From positions 56,420,001-56,484,000 of the forward strand of contig NC_134478.1 in assembly GCF_964194025.1 (NCBI RefSeq): 64,000 bases of DNA. Direction: 5' to 3'. The notes beneath the pieces are model-generated. The model was given only the letters and a program-made list of their open reading frames with translations, was not told the origin of the DNA and ran no database searches. Every line of letters starts with the position of its first letter. Position 1 is the first letter of the stretch. This stretch comes from Convolutriloba macropyga. Lineage: Eukaryota. Shown here piece by piece: positions 12,859 through 25,380 of this stretch. Made by a program: the position numbers and the translations under genes.

Positions 12859-12960
12859 CACCATTTTTTCCAAAAAAACCGGTTTTCCGGTTTTTTTGGA
12901 AAAAATGGTGGAAACAAATTTTGTTTCCAAAACCGGTTTTCCGGTTTTTGGAAACAAAAT
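12859..12960. repeat. Tandem double hairpin with identical CCGG-TTTT-CCGG tips
   Basis: 12859-12910 is a perfect 24-bp stem with a TTTT loop. 12918-12960 is a 19-bp stem (one bulged T) with a TTTT loop. The linker GGAAACAAA-T-TTTGTTTCC is also self-complementary. Confidence 0.9.
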
Positions 12961-13089
12961 GTCAAAAATGTTACAAAAATGGTCTTCTGGGTCTCAGGTA
13001 ACATTAATGACCGATAGTCTAATTTTTGTTGATATTTGTGGTCTTGTGTGTTCTGAATAAACAATAATAATCAAGTTCGTATAATTCTC

Positions 13090-13260
13090 TCCTACTTACT
13101 GAACTCTTTTGTCGCAAACATCAATTCGTAGCTGTTTGTTGAACTCGATTCTTTATTAAACATTGACCAGGGATAATATGGAACGCCTGGTGTTACTGAG
13201 TAAGTAGTTCAGTCTCCGTTCTTAGTATCAATTTTGCAGATGATCTGAAAATTATGGCTG
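13090..13260 (+). pseudogene. Highly degenerate non-LTR retrotransposon RT fragment (overlaps exon 1 of gene A)
   Basis: LLNSF.RKHQFVAV (like SFL..R.Q.V), a CAGGGA (QG) remnant and TTT GCA GAT GAT CTG AAA ATT = FADDLKI occur in the expected order. Confidence 0.4.
13178..13199 (+). CDS. Secreted peptide gene A, exon 1 (MERLVLL + 1 nt)
   Basis: ATG at 13178 and a consensus donor GTAAGT at 13200. Phase 1 joins the acceptor at 13724 to give the signal-peptide-like MERLVLLTAIFVLLISVPIHES. Confidence 0.6.
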
Positions 13261-13724
13261 GAATGTCGGCTGATATCTATCAATGTGGCTGAACAATTTT
13301 TGAATACTTGATCCCCCCACCCCCTATGCACCTCCCTTCCGAAGACAATCTCGGCCTACAAACTTCTAGAGCAAATAAAAATTAGACATTTTGCGCTAAA
13401 TTATGTTTTGTATTTAACTGCGTCGAGTTTATTAAACGCTCGTACACTTTTTTGATGATAGTCAATAGAATAGACAGCTGACTGGGACCACAGCCAAGTG
13501 GGGGTGGGGGGGGGGGGGGGGTGGTGTTCTCGGCGTAAAATCTACAACGTTTTAAAAGATTCGATCGATCTCAAAAAAGAGCCTCCTTATGTTGAGATCC
13601 CTGTCGGTTTTCAAACGTGCTTAACCCAAATTTTGAGGTAGTAAAAAGGAGGTGACAAGTTCTGGAACCCTCCCCTTGAGGTTCTTATCAGTTGTCTATA
13701 CTTTGGTATATTTTATTATTTCAG

Positions 13725-13839
13725 CTGCCATTTTTGTTTTGCTGATATCGGTTCCAATTCACGAATCGACGAGTTTCTCTCTTGACTTTCTGACTCCAGA
13801 CACTGGGACTACTCAAGGACAATACTGTGCTCGCTTCAG
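13725..13839 (+). CDS. Secreted peptide gene A, exon 2 (AIFVLLISVPIHESTSFSLDFLTPDTGTTQGQYCARF)
   Basis: Acceptor TTATTATTTCAG and donor AG|GTAGGC (phase 2). Homologous to gene B exon 1 (SLDFLTPD..G..CARF vs SLDFVLPD..G..CFRY). Confidence 0.8.
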
Positions 13840-15959
13840 GTAGGCTTTTCACATATTATTACTTACTAAATACTTTTTAGGAGAGTATATATTAGAACTG
13901 TATGTATTGGAGTAAGTTTCGGAACTGTTCATGAGGAAAACACAATACACTGATTCGAATTTGAGTTAAAAAACTTATTTGGTAAATAATGATCGCCCAT
14001 TTATGCGTAATGCTGTCAATCTCAGGATGAAAATCAAGCGACCGGGTTAAGGCTTCACCCGTTTCCGGGAGTGAATAAAATTAACCCCTAAAGATCGCAA
14101 CTCATAACAAAAGAGACTCTTAGAATTTTTTCCAGCTTTTGTGAGATACGGTGGCGAGTAGTGTTGAACGTTAAAGCAGTTTTTGTTGTTAAAAGGGTCA
14201 TTGTATTTGTATATAAAGGAAATCAGAAAAAAACTTTGTCTTAATTTTTGCAAAAAAAAAAAACAAACAAAAAACTTTGATTTTGCTTTATTTTTATGTT
14301 TTCATCAAATCAAGAAGGTTGAACCTTAAATAGATTGCCACAATCACGGTGATAAAATTTCGAAATTCATTGAGTTTCGGTGACTTCTTCTCTTTTTTAA
14401 TCGGTGAGGCGGAAAAACTAGACAAAACATGGCCGAAAGAAGAATTGCAAAACGAATTATTTTCTTCAGTTTTTAGCCTACTTTATTTTCTTTCTTCGTT
14501 TTTATTGGTGGTTTTAGCGTAATACGGCTCAGGCATTTTTCAATTGAGAAAAATCAGAATTCCTGTAGTAAAACTGGGGCGGAATTATCCGGGATTAATT
14601 CACCTAGAAGATCAGCCCTAAAAAATGTTTTGGCCAAATAAAGTTTTTTTTCAGTTAATTGATAACGAAGCATCATTCTAACAAAATGCTCGGCAAAAAC
14701 AGCAATTATGTTAGCATGATTCGAAATGTATATTGCAGTGAGGGAACCATTTGAAAGTTTCCTCTGACATTTTTCTCATTCAAGGCCAAGAAAGTGTAAC
14801 GGAAAGTGACAACAAAAAACTACCAAACGAGAACTGAGTACCACAAAAAATTGTATAAAAAGGCCGATGAGGACTAAAGTAATTGTGACAAACTTCTTTC
14901 GAAAGCAGATAACAAAGTTTTGGATCCTATCCAATGGCATAGCTGGCAGATTACCAAAAAACAACTTTGATAATTTTGTACGCTGTAGCCACAAAATTTC
15001 AGTAAAGTAGATAAGACGTGAGAAATTGTAATAATCGTCAATTAGAGTGAGATACCTTTATTCGAACTTGACTCTGCAATTTTAATCAATCTCAACTTTT
15101 CAGAGTGAGCAAAGGTTGTTGCAGAAAGTTTTGTTTACTCGTATGAACAAAATAATAACTCAAAAATTATCCACTAGCGCCACACACAACTCAGTCCAGA
15201 AGTTTTAAACATAGCCGTCTAACGTCAAGCGAATTGCTCTCAAATAACTGGCGAACGGGCTTTGTCAGAAGCTAGCTAAAACACAGGAGGCCTGCATACA
15301 CTTCAACGGGGGATCAAGAGGGTTAAGGGCGGAGTGGAAGTGGTGTGAATGTTGGGGAGAACTGCTCAGCACTTTAATGCCATCTGAGCTGTACCGTTTT
15401 TTTTGTTTTTAGACAAAAGATTAAAGGAAAAGTTTTTAGTACCAAAAAGTGCAGAAAAAAGACCAGCAGGAGTAATATCGCTGCAAAGAACTTCGTTTGA
15501 GGGCAATTAAATATTCAGTCAATACGTGAATGAATTAACGAACAGAAGTACATGAAGAAAGCGTGAGAGTTAAGCGGTGAATCAATATATTAATTCAACG
15601 TCGACAGAGAGCCCCCCACTGATTACCATGTTTAAGCGCCTATCTCAACATGTTTTAACGGCCCTTAAACATAGTTTTCTGAGAAAACGACTGACAACAG
15701 TCAGGTTTGAAACTTGGTCTAGGGTTGGGGAGCGGAAGCGCCATGAGTTGAGCTAAGGAGCAGGTGAGGTGCGTAGTTTATCGATATTTTTGTCCACTAA
15801 CGTCGCACCCGTTTCTCCGATTTCCTTCTTTTTCACGCTCCGTGCTCCTTGCCTTTCCTCTTACTATCTATTTGTCAATAGCTGTCTAAATATTAAACTT
15901 ATTTCGAATACTAATACCGCCATGTTTAAGCATCTAATTTTTGCATGTTTTAAGGCCTC

Positions 15960-16630
15960 TTAAACATGCAAAATAGCGTTTTTATGCATTTTGAAAACGT
16001 TTAATGACACAAAAATCGCCATTGCCAAAATAGTCACTGACCGAAAAGCTGTCATTGCCAAAGAGTCAATGACCAAAAAGATACCTATGTCACAAAGGTC
16101 ATTGATTGAGTACCAGCGGATGCAAAAATAGGTCATTGACCGGAAAGCTGCCTATGACCGAAAAGCTTCCTGTGCCAAAAGGGTCCACAACCGAAAAACA
16201 GCGGATGCCAAAATAGGTCAATGTTTGAAAGTTTGTCTATAAGAAACAAGTCGACCACGGAAAAATTTATTAGATGAAAATAGTTTTCGAATGACATGTG
16301 TTGATGTATCACGGATATTGACAAAATAGAGATTCTCTAAGTAATGTCCAATTGACGATTTGAAATCGAAGATTGAAGTTTGGCTAGATTGTAATAGGGC
16401 GGGGACAACCTTTTGCGTGCCGTTTTTAAATTCTCAATATGGTTTGTTGCGATTCTTTTAATCGGAATATTTTTTGGCAACTTTTTTGCGTGACCAATTT
16501 TTTAATCGATCTTTTCCTTCATTTTTGCTTTTTTTGCTGGATCTCAGTCTCATGCAGATTTTAAAGAACAGAAGTGTTTTCAACTAAATCATCTGTTGCA
16601 AATTGTTTTTTTTAGATCAAATGCTGAATT
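15960..16630 (-). repeat. GA-tract element cassettes R3 (short GGTCA(A/T)TGAC subrepeats) and R2, inverted copies
   Basis: 15960-16380 is the reverse complement of 43640-44070. 16440-16630 is the reverse complement of ~48085-48270. Confidence 0.75.
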
Positions 16631-16675
16631 GGTTTGACAATTAGTTCTTTTTTTGGCGTTTTACACTCGAAGTGT

Positions 16676-18530
16676 GGTCGTTTCTCTTTTTTTTCTATAT
16701 TTTTGCTCTTTCTATCTTTTTCTCTTTCTTTATTTTCCCTCTTTATTTTTTTGCCCTTTTCACTGCTTTTCCCTCCCGCTTTTCTCTTTCTGTTCTGTCT
16801 GTCTTTTCTGACTCAACTCTCTTGCTTTTGTCTTTCCTTTCTGGTTTTTCTTTCCTCTGGTTCCCTCTTTCTCTTTCTTTTGTTCCTCTCTTCTGAGTTT
16901 CTTCTCCTTCTTTTTTTCCTTTTCTTTCTTTTTTCTCTTTCGTTCCTCTCTTTCGTTTCTCTTATTCGTTCCTCTTTTTTCTTTCTCTTTACTTCTGAAT
17001 TTCTTTTCTCTAGCTTTTCTCTTTATTTTCTCCTCTTTGTTCCTACTTTTTTTCTCTAATTCGTTTTACTGTTCTGTTTCACTTCTTATCTCTTGTTCGT
17101 TTCTCTCTTTTCTGTTTTTCTCATCTTTTTCTGTTTGTTTTACCTTCTCCCCTTCTGTTCTCTTTCTATACTTTCTTTTCTCTTCTTTTTCGTTTCTTTT
17201 GCTATTCTTTCTTTTCTGTATCCCGGTCCGCCCTTTCTTTTCTCTCTTTTTCTCTCTCTTTCTTTTCTCTTTCTTTTTCGTTCTTCTGCCTTTTTTTCAT
17301 TCTTTTTTCGTTGTTTCTGTCCTCTCTTCCGTTTATCTTTAGTTTCTCCTTCTTTTGGCTTTGTTTTTTTTCTCTGTTCTTTTCCTCTTTACTGCCTGTC
17401 TTTTCTCTTTTGCTTTTCTCTCTTTCTTTTCTCTCTTGCTTTCCTCTCTTTTTTCGGTCTTTTGTTTCTGTCTTTTCTCCTTCTTCTGTGTCTTTCTCTC
17501 TCTCTTCTTTCTTTCTCTCTTTCGCCTGCTCTCGCTCTCTCTTTCTCTTTCTTCTCTTCTTATTTCTTTTCGTGCGTCTCTATTTCCTTTCTTCTTTTCT
17601 GGATTTGTTTTCTCTTTCTTTAGCATTTTTTGTTTATTTTTCGTTTCTTCGTCTTTTTTTCTTTCTCTATTTTTCTGTTTTGCTTTTCTCACTTTCTTTT
17701 TTTGTCCTTTTCCGGTCTTTTTCTCTCTTTTTTCCCCTTGGTTTTCTCTTTTCTGTTTTTTCTTTTGTCTTTTTTTCGGTCTTTCTTCTCTCTTTCTATT
17801 TTTTCTCTTTCTTCTGCCTTTTCTCTCCTTCTTCCTATTTTCTCGTTTCTCTCTTGGTTTTCTGTCTCTGTATGTCATGTCTCTTACTTTTGTTCTTTCT
17901 CTTTCATTCTTTTCAAATGTTTCTGCCCTTCTTTTTCTGGTTTTTTCTCTTTCGGTCTTTTCCTTCTTTTCTTTCCTTTCGTTTCTGTTTTTTCTCTCTT
18001 TTCTGTATTTTTTCTCTCCGTTTCTGACTCGCCTTTTTGTCTTTCGTTTCTGTCTTCCTTTTCTCTCTTTTTTCCTCTTTCGTTTTTTAAATCATTTTTC
18101 TCTTACTTTTTTCTTGACTTTATCTCTTGATTTTCTTTTTCTTTTCTGTTTTTCTTTCCCCTGCTGATTTTTCATTCCTCTGCTGATTTTTTTTCCAGTC
18201 ATTCGTTTCATTCTTCCTTTTCCCCCCTCTTTTCGCTCTTTCTTTTTTTTTGTTTTTTTATCCTTCATTCTTTCATCTCGTGTTTTTCCCTTTCTCTAGC
18301 TTTTCCGTTCGAATCTATCTTTTCTGTCTATCTTTTTTTTTCTTTTTTGTCTCCATATCTCTTTTTTTATCAATTCTTTGTCTCTGTCTTTCTTTATCTT
18401 TCTTTGTTTTCTCCCTTTCTTTTCTCTTCCATTATCTCTTTTTTCTCCTTTCTGTTCTTCTGTCTTTGTCTCTTTCTTCTTCCTTTTGTCTCTTTCGTCT
18501 CCCGCTCTTTGCTTTTCTTTTTCTCGTTTT
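16676..18530 (-). repeat. Polypyrimidine (+)/polypurine (-) low-complexity tract, ~1.85 kb
   Basis: Almost entirely C/T on the + strand, with recurrent words TTTTCTCT, TTCTGTCT, TTTCGTTT, TCTTGCTTT. Confidence 0.95.
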
Positions 18531-19087
18531 TAATAGTCGCGTCAGCAATTCCAGGCGGCTATTATTGGGCTCCTAATTTTTTTATTTCGTCTAAAAGATT
18601 TTTGTTTCAACTTACCCTGACTTCTTGGAATTGACTTTTTCAAAGACTTCTGTGACTTCAACTGCTTTGCAGTTAAAATTTTTGTTCGTGGTGTCGTTTC
18701 TGCTTTTAGGTCAATTGCGTGACTCATCTCACAAAAAATTGACTTCTGAACCCAATTATGGAACTTTAAATTTTATGAACATTTACTAATTAAAGGTCAA
18801 TAGTGTGCATCTAAGTAGAGCCAAACTTATATGCCCTAATTCCTGAGAAATGGAGTCTTGAGTTTTGATATCGAATATTAATTTTGAAAAAGCTCCATAG
18901 AGGCTTTTTCCTTGTAGAGCAATTGTGTCTGATAAAAAAGACAGTCCGAATCTAACCCAAAAAGTCTAGTGGTCTATGGAAAAGCTGGTGGTGGATCTGC
19001 CGATCTTGCTTCTTTAGTTTTTTCAATTCAAGGTAGGCCACTAGCGTCTATTGCCGCTATTTGCCGGCAATCTGCCGGCTATGTTTG

Positions 19088-19412
19088 TTTTTCTCATCCT
19101 CTTCTGTCCGTCTGTTTTTTCCTTCTCGATTTCTTTTCTTTTTCATTGCTCTTTTCTCTTTCGGTTCTCTGTCCTTTTTTCTGTTTTCTGTCTTTCTGTC
19201 CTTTTCTCTCTGGCTTTACTGTTTTTTTTGTTCCTTTCTTTCGTCTTTTGTTTGTTTGTTTTTGTCTGTTTTTTCTGTTTTCATATCTTGTTTTCTCTCT
19301 TTCTCTTCTGTGTTTCTTTTCTCCTTTTTTTCTTTTCTCTGTCCTTCCTGTTGTTATCCTGCCGTTCTGTACGGTCTTTATTCTGTCTTCTCTCATTTCT
19401 ACTTTTTTCTCG
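19088..19412 (-). repeat. Polypyrimidine (+) tract, ~0.33 kb
   Basis: Same vocabulary as above. Bounded by GGCAATCTGCCGGCTATGTTTG (cassette R1 end) and by cassette L. Confidence 0.85.
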
Positions 19413-19414
19413 CT

Positions 19415-19745
19415 TACGCATGTTCAAGCTCCTCATCTTCGAATGTTTTAACGCTCCTTAAACATGAAGCGTAACGTTTTACGTGCGGTACGCTATGCCA
19501 CTATGTAGAAGTTCGTTATCTGTACATGTCTGAGTGCCCCTTAAATATGCAACATAGCAAAGCCAAAAAGTTGTTGAACAAAAAATTGCTTGTACTTGGG
19601 GGTAATGTACTAAACCAACCACCTCCGTAACGTAATACCTATGACTATTGAACGAGAGGCATGGGTTTCAGCCCGGGTTGGTACAAATAAAATCTTAGTT
19701 TTTTTTTTAATGAATTTCCTATGATGCTTTTGCGGGCCTGCTAGT
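19415..19745 (-). repeat. GA-tract element cassette L, inverted copy
   Basis: Reverse complement of 36878-37225 and 44320-44630 (e.g. ACTAGCAGGCCCGCAAAA, ATAGGTATTACGTT, TGTACAGATAAC, CATGTTTAAGGAGCG). Confidence 0.85.
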
Positions 19746-19769
19746 TTATGTACAGTTTGCACACTTTTT

Positions 19770-20070
19770 TTCAAAGCGGTAAATTTATATAATTTCACAG
19801 ACAATTTCAGCGGTGAAATTATGTAATTTCACCGCTACCAGGCGATAAAGTTTTTTTTTCACCGCATTCACCGCCTGATTTATGTAATTTCACCGTATTC
19901 ACCAATAATCTTACATAATTTTGCGTTGAATGGCGGTGACACCTCGACCCGAGCACGGGTCGAGGAAAAATTGGAAAAATATGTAAGATAAGCGGTGAAA
20001 AGTTGTTTTTTTTTTCACCGCAAATTTCGTACATATTTTTGCGGTGAAATTATGTAATAGTTCGGTAATT
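19770..20070. repeat. GCGGTGAA/TTCACCGC-rich repeat with a perfect internal hairpin
   Basis: Many copies of the motif in both orientations, with hairpin CCTCGACCCG-AGCA-CGGGTCGAGG at 19942-19965. The same motif family occurs at ~12350-12750 and 33701-35290. Confidence 0.65.
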
Positions 20071-20138
20071 TAGAAACAACCTGGGAAACAAAAAAAGGTG
20101 TTCATTTGTTCATAATGTTGATTTGATATGGTCTTCAG

Positions 20139-20292
20139 CCGCCAGTTCTGTCTGTTGCGCTTCTATTCCCGTCAGAATTTTTCGGAGCGTCAACAGCACT
20201 GGACAGACGTGATGGACATCCAGTCACTTGCCAAAATGGTCTACAGTTGGTTCAACTGGTATTCCTTCAAACCATGGGACATCAACGGCTAG
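20139..20292 (+). CDS. Secreted peptide gene A, exon 3, terminal (RQFCLLRFYSRQNFSERQQHWTDVMDIQSLAKMVYSWFNWYSFKPWDING*)
   Basis: Acceptor TCTTCAG at 20138; phase 2 matches exon 2 (AG+C=Ser). FCLLRFYS and NWYSF are identical to gene B but encoded by different synonymous codons. Stop TAG at 20290-20292, ATTAAA at 20328. Confidence 0.82.
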
Positions 20293-22195
20293 TGTACCCC
20301 TCTCTGCCCAAATTTAACCCTCGACTTATTAAATAGACTACATCAAAAATCTAGTAGATGGGGTGGGGTTGGGGGGTCAATACTGACTATAATACGCGCT
20401 TATGCACTCTATTTGAGGTCGAGATTAATTTTTATCATGGGTCCACGATGGTAATCTCATGACAATTTTCGGCTGATTATGGTCTTTTCTTGAGTCGAGG
20501 CACATAGGCCTGTATGTTTGTTCAGTTTTCATGTGTAACCTTCAATCAGCATCACTACTGATTCAGGACATTTTCAGAGTAACATCAATGTTCAGTACTG
20601 ACGATTCAGGAACATTTAAGAATAATTTACTTTAGCAAAGAATCTCAATCAGGTGTTCACTGAGTCTCTCTCTAAACCAGAGGAAAATTCAAAAGGAATT
20701 TCTGAATTAACTCTGAATAAAAAATCAGTAATTGTTAAGTGACTCTGCTTGAAATCACTGAGAACTTCTGGCGTTTTTCGAGAACCGCGAAGTGGTTCGA
20801 GATATTAAGTCAGAATTTCGAAGAGACTTCTGCAGAGTCACGTAACCATGCTTAAAACACGAATCGCGCACGTTTTAAAATGAAGAAAGTCAACGAAATT
20901 CAACTTCTGGCTAAGTAGCAACTTCTGGCATTTTGACTTCTGGCACTGCTGACTTTCGGCATTTTAAAATGCGCACGTGAGTGTTTTAAGGAGAATTTAC
21001 GCTGTTAAGCACGTTCGCGCAGAACAAAGAATTTGACGAAAATGGTTCTTCTTATTTTTTCCCTGTGTTCCGTTCTATCCAAATCCTTACTTGTTCAAGT
21101 TTCAGTTCCGTTTATTCCCACCAAATTTGCAAATAGTCAATTGCTTCCCGGATTTCCCGAATTAGCCACCCAGTGCTTTTCAGTACTTAACCAGTGTAAA
21201 TCCCGGACTGTTTTTAAAGTACTTTTTACTGGTCTATTTAATGATCATGTCAAAATTTAGATGGGTCAGTCTAATTTTCAGAGTTAATTTTTTACTAAGA
21301 TTATATCGTAATCATAATATACATACAATTGGTTTTCACTATTACTACCCTGGTTGAGTTGAGAAGGTTGGAGGGGGGGGGGGGGTGAAGTTCATCAGCT
21401 TTGTTTATCAAAATAGCAGAGTTAAATTTGCTTTACCAACTGAAGAATAAAGACCCAGGTTGAGGGTTGACGTCAAAGACGGAAAGTCGATATATCGAGG
21501 CCCAAATGAACGCACAAAGGGTGGGGGGCATGCGTTCCAACTTATATAGTCTGGATACACAGAAGATTGCACAAAAGTGGACATAAACGACAACAGGGCC
21601 GTCTGGAAAAACACTTTTTTCCGTCTGGGAAGGTTCGGTCATAGACTCTTTCCGTCTGGAACCTCCAACTGGGGAACGGCAGAGCAGAAAGAGGACTAGC
21701 TCATAGTTTTTGCTCCTCGGCGCACACTAGAAAAATTTAAGGAAACAAAAGATTAACTAAACAGTGACCTGGCTTATTATTTTTAGTTATATATGGACTG
21801 AAATTTTGGGAAATTACAAAGTCTGAATGAAAAGTGCTGAAAGAACTACATTTTAACTCAAAATCATCTAATATATGAGTAAATGATAAAGCAAGAAATG
21901 TTTCTAGTTATTGCAGAAATGAAATGACTGCGTTATAATTTCGTTTTGGTAACCTTTATGTATACTTTGGAACTGGCTTCCGAAAATTTGTTGAAAACTT
22001 AACAAAATAGAGTTAAATTTAAAGAAGAGTGAAGAGATAAGTTTACTATCGTTTTTTTGTCTTGGCATGCTGCTGAAGAAGTTTGTTTAAAACTGACTGG
22101 TTCAGTACTAATTTTCAACGATATACTTGTTTTGTGATGTTTCGCTATTGAAATACACTACTGGGTGATTCCGGGTTTTTGTAAATGAATTTTTT

Positions 22196-23470
22196 GTGAA
22201 GATAAATTCCACTGTAAGTGATAGTTTTAGCCTGACACCTGGAATATCTCAAGGGAGCGTAATTATTCTCTTTCTCTTTCTCATAAACGTCAGCCATTTG
22301 CCTCAAATTAAAGCCCAGTTCTCACAGTTCGCTGACAATTTAGCCCTCTACTATAGGTCACAATCCCCCAAAATAATTCAAAAACATCTTCAATCATCAC
22401 TGAATAGTCTAATTGATTGCTGTGACTCACTAAAATTCAAAATAAACCCAGATAAAACTCCTCAAAGAAAGAATCTTCTCTTGAATTCAATTTAAAAGGA
22501 GTATCCATTAAAAGGACCCAATCGATAAATTTTTTAGGTATAATTTTCACTCCACACCTCAAAAGGAATAACCATTGCATAGATTTAATACTAAGAGCGA
22601 CAAGCATGCTTTTTTTTACTCTGGAAATTGAGTAACCTAAACGTTAACGAAGAAAGTCTAATTTGGTTTACAAAGCATGAGTCCGACCCCTTTTTCTGTA
22701 CTCAAACGCTTGCTGGCTGGATCAATCACAGGGCCTGGTCAATAAAATACAAAACGTGCAAAACAGGGCTCTATGAATTTGCCTTGGAAAAACAAGATGG
22801 TACTAGTTTCAAAAACTCGGTGATTCCGGGTTTTTGTAAACACATTTTTTGTGACGATAAATTCCACTGTCTGTGATAGGGTCAGCCTGACACCTGGAAT
22901 ACCTCAAGGGAGCGTAATTATTCTCACTCTCTTTCTCATATACGTCAGCCATTTGCCTCAAATTAAAGCCCAGTTCTCACAGTTCGCTGACAACTTTGCC
23001 CTCTACTATAGGTCACAATCCCCCAAAATAGTTCAAAAACATCTTCAATCATCACTGAACAGTGTAATTGATTGGTGTGACTCACTAAAATTCAAAATAA
23101 ACCCAGATAAAACTCCTCAAAGAAAGAATCTTCTCTTGAATTCAATTTAAAAGGAGTATCCATTAAAAGGACCCAATCGATAAATTTTTTAGGTATAATT
23201 TTCACTCCACACCTCAAAAGGAATAACCATTGCATAGATTTAATACTAAGAGCGACAAGCATGCTTTTTTTACTCTGGAAATTGAGTAACCTAAACGTTA
23301 ACGAAGAAAGTCTAATTTGGTTTACAAAGCATGGGTCCGACCCCTTTTTCTGTACTCAAACGCTTGCTGGCTGGATCAATCACAGGGCCTGGTCAATAAA
23401 ATACAAAACGTGCAAAACAGGACTCTATGAATTTGCCTTGGAAAAACAAGATGGTACTAGTTTCAAAAAC
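22196..23470 (+). pseudogene. Two tandem degenerate non-LTR (LINE) reverse-transcriptase C-terminal fragments
   Basis: GIPQGSVI..LFLIYVSHLPQ....SQFADNFALY corresponds to RT motifs GVPQGS..P.LF..Y..D.P and (Y/F)ADD, with the catalytic DD changed to DN. A KFLGIIF-like motif follows. Stops and frameshifts are present. Confidence 0.85.
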
Positions 23471-23945
23471 TCTACGAAGAGGCAAACATAAAGTCAGTCG
23501 AGGAAATGCAGATTAAGTTAGTCAACTAGTATTTTCAAAGGTCAATAAAACGCAACATACTGTCTGTAACGGAGTTGATATACAAGAAACGAAAGTGCCC
23601 GCTCAACGCTTGCAAAAGCACTCTTCACTATCTCCATTACTAAAAATTCTAGCCGCATGCAGCATAGACTAGTGGCTAAAACGACTGCTTAATGTACTGA
23701 TCAACCAAACAAAATGAGGATCAATCCCATATCAATTCCGGAAAATCAAAATCAAAGAACACAGTCCTGGAAACAACAGAAATGGGCTCAACGACAAAAG
23801 AAAAGAGAGAACTTAGAACACAAAAAGGAAAACTAAGGAAGAACAGGAAAAAAGAGTCCAACACCAGCAGCTTTATGCTTATTTCATTGAGGCGTTCCCT
23901 CCATCCAATAGATTTCCAACAACTTTATAACGTAAAGGAGGAAAG

Positions 23946-24040
23946 TGCCGCAGTGGTCAACACACGCGTGGAAGAATTAACTGAAGAACGAACTTTTTCC
24001 CCCAACTGCGGTTCGAGTCCAGCTGAAATACATTTCAGCT
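23946..24040 (+). mobile_element. tRNA-derived SINE-like head (Pol III A/B boxes)
   Basis: A-box-like TGCCGCAGTGG at 23946, B box GGTTCGAGTCC at 24010-24020, then hairpin AGCTGAAAT-AC-ATTTCAGCT. No convincing cloverleaf. Confidence 0.5.
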
Positions 24041-25308
24041 TTCTTTATTTTTTTCTGCTATACTACAAGAAATACAATATGAAAAGCAATAGAACACTCA
24101 GACATGTTAAGAGTATTCGGCCAGCCGCTCACCTAGTCAATTGGGAGTCAAATACAGCTGATTCTTTGTCATCTTCCATAATAAAGTCCATATTATTCTG
24201 TTGTTTTCATCTGTCCATCCAGCCACTTCCCTAGTCAATTTGGGGCTGAACAGATTACAGCTGTCATCAATATCTCTACGCGTAATTATTGTCCAACAGT
24301 TGCGCCTTCTTTCGATGCCTTTCATTTCTAATTTCTTTGTGATTATTTTACTCCTCACTCCACTGATTTAAAAAAACATCTCTTAGATTTAAAAAAACAT
24401 CTCTTAGATTTAAAAAGAAGAAACGAAAACCTTCACTATTGTGCTGCGCGTGGTTTAGTTTCACTGGTTTAATGGTTTAGGTTAGCGTAGCATTTTTTTA
24501 AAACAATTTCTTATTTTTGTCAATTTTTTAATGCTTTTTCTAGTCAGAAACAACGCTTTTCTTTTATTTGTCTCGCTCCTTTTATTCTAAACTTAACAGT
24601 CCTTTTTTTCTCTCCTCAATTTGATTTCTACATTGTTGCAGGGTTATTTGAAAACATTGCACGTGATCTAAGCCCCAGCTTTAATTCATCAAATGGAAAG
24701 TTATTTTATTTTATTGAAAAGCTGAATTTATGTAGCAGCGTACATGTCAATTAGCGCGGGTCAATTAGCGCTAAGAGAACATCAGAATTGGGCGCTTCGG
24801 TTCGAAACCGTTCAAATAAGTTTGTCGATCTCCGTTTTAATTTCGCGACGATTTGGACTTTGAAAGATCGAAGCATTAAAACGAAAAACTGCAGCTACAG
24901 AAGTCAACTTAGTGCAGTGAACAATTACCTAGAAGAACCAGAACATCATCACCAGCCGCTTCGAGGCCCACCCACACCCATCGACCTTTTTATTTCATTG
25001 AATTCAAGTTTATTTTATTGTTTTAGTTATCATACTTACCGGAAGAAATTGTAACACCCCCTTTCACACAATCTCCACGAGGCTAGCCAAGGAACCGTGC
25101 CATTACCATTTGAATACGTCAAGTTCAGCAGCAGAAGTCCTTCATGGTACTTGAAGTGGTTGAGTGCATCTGAGGCAGAGGAAGTTGTTTTTACAGTTAC
25201 AGAGAACATTCAGTCTGTACTAGAACTACTCAAATTCATTTTTAAAAAAAAAACTCCAACTCTTGCTACTGTATATAAATTCTTTTACGTCTGGTTGTAC
25301 ATAAATTG

Positions 25309-25324
25309 TATATATATACATATA

Positions 25325-25377
<53 letters not shown>
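25309..25377. repeat. (TA)n microsatellite at the unit 1/unit 2 junction
   Basis: Seen directly. Confidence 0.95.

Positions 25378-25380
<3 letters not shown>

Larger units (their letters stand above)
21161..25375 (+). repeat. Tandem duplication unit 1 (~3.56 kb core plus an internal 655-bp duplication)
   Basis: Starts ATTAGCCACCCAGTGCTTTTCAGTACTTAACC and is collinear with 25376-28824. Internal direct repeat 22164-22818 / 22819-23473. Ends in (TA)n. Confidence 0.95.

Noticed and set aside
16634-19474. Many overlapping F/L/S-rich (+) and K/R/E-rich (-) ORFs
   Set aside because: Artefacts of C/T-only composition, which makes stop codons rare. They are open in several frames at once and have no domain content.
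23946-24040. Functional tRNA gene (also 44130-44210 and 33945-34015 on the minus strand)
   Set aside because: A/B boxes are present, but I could not fold acceptor and anticodon stems. Treated as SINE-like or degenerate.
24788-25054. 88-aa ORF repeated at 28321-28587
   Set aside because: TTG start, conserved only because of the recent tandem duplication, and disrupted in unit 3.
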